Shown here: in pieces, positions 62,227 to 64,000 of the stretch
Numbering within the stretch: the first letter of the stretch is position 1
Layout of the letters: every line of letters begins with the position of its first letter
Origin: Batkoa obscura
Taxonomy: Eukaryota
DNA length: 64,000 nt
Assembly (NCBI GenBank): GCA_030770535.1
Contig: JASVEC010000015.1
Coordinates: 248,001-312,000, forward strand
Reading direction: 5' to 3'
Program-made: the position numbers and the translations under genes
Notes under the pieces: generated by a model
The model's database searches: none
What the model saw: the letters and a program-made list of their open reading frames with translations, nothing else
Told to the model about the DNA's origin: nothing

Positions 62227-63126
62227 ATGCAAACATATATCGAAACGATTATTAGTATTATAATATTTTCGTTAGAATTAATTGGGATTTTATTAAGCTT
62301 ATTTTCTATTTTCTTAATCTATCAACAAGGTTATAAAACAATTGATATGTTATTAATTTCTACTATGGGGATATGTGATATTGGATTGTTATTATTTACA
62401 TTAGGTATATGGATTTATTCTAAAGTATATGGCGATTCCTTCTATTCAAACCCAATATTTGGTCAACTTAATGGCTTATTTATATCTAGTTTAATAGTAG
62501 CATCTATGCTAAGTGTATGTTATTTAGCATTAGCAAGAAGTTGGATTTTAATATTTAAAATTAAAATGAACAAATGGTTGTTTTTTATCGCTTATGTAAC
62601 AACTATTTTATTGTTTATTACTCCGTTTATTTTATTAGTAATTAATTCAAAATATCAACTAATGCCATTTGGTGCTTACTATTTACCCTCCTTATTCAAC
62701 TTAGATATCTATTCCAGACTAGCTTATTTTGTTATCTTTTCAGTTAATATAACTACTTTACTTATTTTATTAATTAGTTATACTTTCTTAACTAGAAACT
62801 ATTTTTCCAATGTAGATTCTAAAATTTGTCATGCATCTGGATTTTACAAAGATCATTTTTTATTAAAAGCAAAAAGAAGAAAAATACAAACATTAATTCG
62901 AATTATTATTGCATTATCACTTTATGTAGGAACTATTTTACCCCCTGCTGTAGTTTCTTTGAAAGAAATTGTTACAAATGAAGTGAGATCCAAAGAAGAA
63001 GATGTCACGTTTTTAATTTCCTCTTGTTTGTTTGTAATTGTTAATCCATTATCATTGATTTTACTTCATGAAGATTCTTCAAAATTAGCAATTAATTATT
63101 TTTATAAATTAATTAGGAAGAAATAA
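62227..63126 (+). CDS. Seven-transmembrane, family-A GPCR-like protein
   Basis: Seven hydrophobic segments; TM2 Asp (GICD); LALARS at the DRY position; basic third loop; TM7 IVNP. Confidence 0.78.
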   Translation: MQTYIETIISIIIFSLELIGILLSLFSIFLIYQQGYKTIDMLLISTMGICDIGLLLFTLGIWIYSKVYGDSFYSNPIFGQLNGLFISSLIVASMLSVCYLALARSWILIFKIKMNKWLFFIAYVTTILLFITPFILLVINSKYQLMPFGAYYLPSLFNLDIYSRLAYFVIFSVNITTLLILLISYTFLTRNYFSNVDSKICHASGFYKDHFLLKAKRRKIQTLIRIIIALSLYVGTILPPAVVSLKEIVTNEVRSKEEDVTFLISSCLFVIVNPLSLILLHEDSSKLAINYFYKLIRKK

Positions 63127-63415
63127 GAAAGTGGAAGGCTTTAATTGAAATTAATATTAATATTATAATAATTGATTTATTTTTTATTTTTCATTTTTTT
63201 CGTTATTGTTAGTATCGTTTGATGTTTAGTGTTTGAATGTAATTAAAAGAATTTATTAATTTTTAATTTTTATTATCTATTGATACTATCACTTATTGGA
63301 ATTTTATTTATATATTATTTATTCTTAATTGTTGGAACACTTTTAATTGAAATTAAAATAATGACACACAAAAGAATAAAATTATAAAAAAATAGCTAAA
63401 TATTCTTTTTAATAT

Positions 63416-63510
63416 GGGAATGTATTTTTTTGTTTAGGAGTTCTAACAATTTTCCGCTCAAATGGCGCTTAAAAAACAAAAAAAGTGATAAAGCCAAAAA
63501 AAACAACCTC
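63416..63510. mobile_element. ~98 bp MITE
   Basis: GGGAATGT...CAACCTC, flanks ATAT/ATGT. Confidence 0.8.
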
Positions 63511-64000
63511 ATGTTTTAATATTTAATTCTTCTATTAAATTTTAAGTTAAACTCACTTTTGATAAAGATAAATATTAATCTAAAATCAGAAAAACAGATA
63601 TTAAAATTACGTTCTCTAATTTAAAAATTTAATAATAAAAAGTAATATAAAAATTGAAATTTATTGAAACAATACCAACAAACTCTTTTATGAAAACTAA
63701 AATAAGTCCATGCTAATAATTCATTTTTATAATAGAACGTAAAAAAAGTTTCTGGTACATAATTCACAATAAAAAGTGCATTTTAAGCCACTAAAAAGAT
63801 TTATTAACTTTAATTTTCATTCAAAAGTATTTTAAAAAACTTACCAGTTAATGCTTGAGCAGCATAAAATTGAACATCTCGATCTGAGTCCTTACTTAAT
63901 TTTTCTAATGTACTTTTGATTTCAACTAGAATTTCACTAACATCTTCTTGACAATTAGAAATTACATTTAAAATGGCTTTTAATGATTTAGCTGCATTAA

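Overview
Very AT-rich eukaryotic DNA with short GT-AG introns. Gene content (Zn2Cys6 and Atf1-like bZIP factors, F-box/LRR proteins, divergent 7TM receptor) points to a fungus, probably early-diverging; an Entomophthorales-like origin is my inference only. The left half carries two tandem small secreted cationic proteins, myotubularin, tRNA-Trp, an aquaglyceroporin, a divergent RPR2/BLOS1 pair, two F-box/LRR genes and a Thr-rich secreted protein. The right half is gene-sparse: a mini Zn2Cys6 factor, an array of five intronless Atf1/ATF2-like bZIP paralogues (two with an eroded or deleted DNA-binding basic region), tRNA-Leu and a 7TM receptor. Mobile DNA is abundant: decayed Sola2-like DDD transposons (one nested inside an older copy of itself), about 30 copies of a ~98 bp GGGG..CCCC MITE with 4-bp TSDs, and four TG..CA solo-LTR-like elements. 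All alignments were done by eye; no database search was run.
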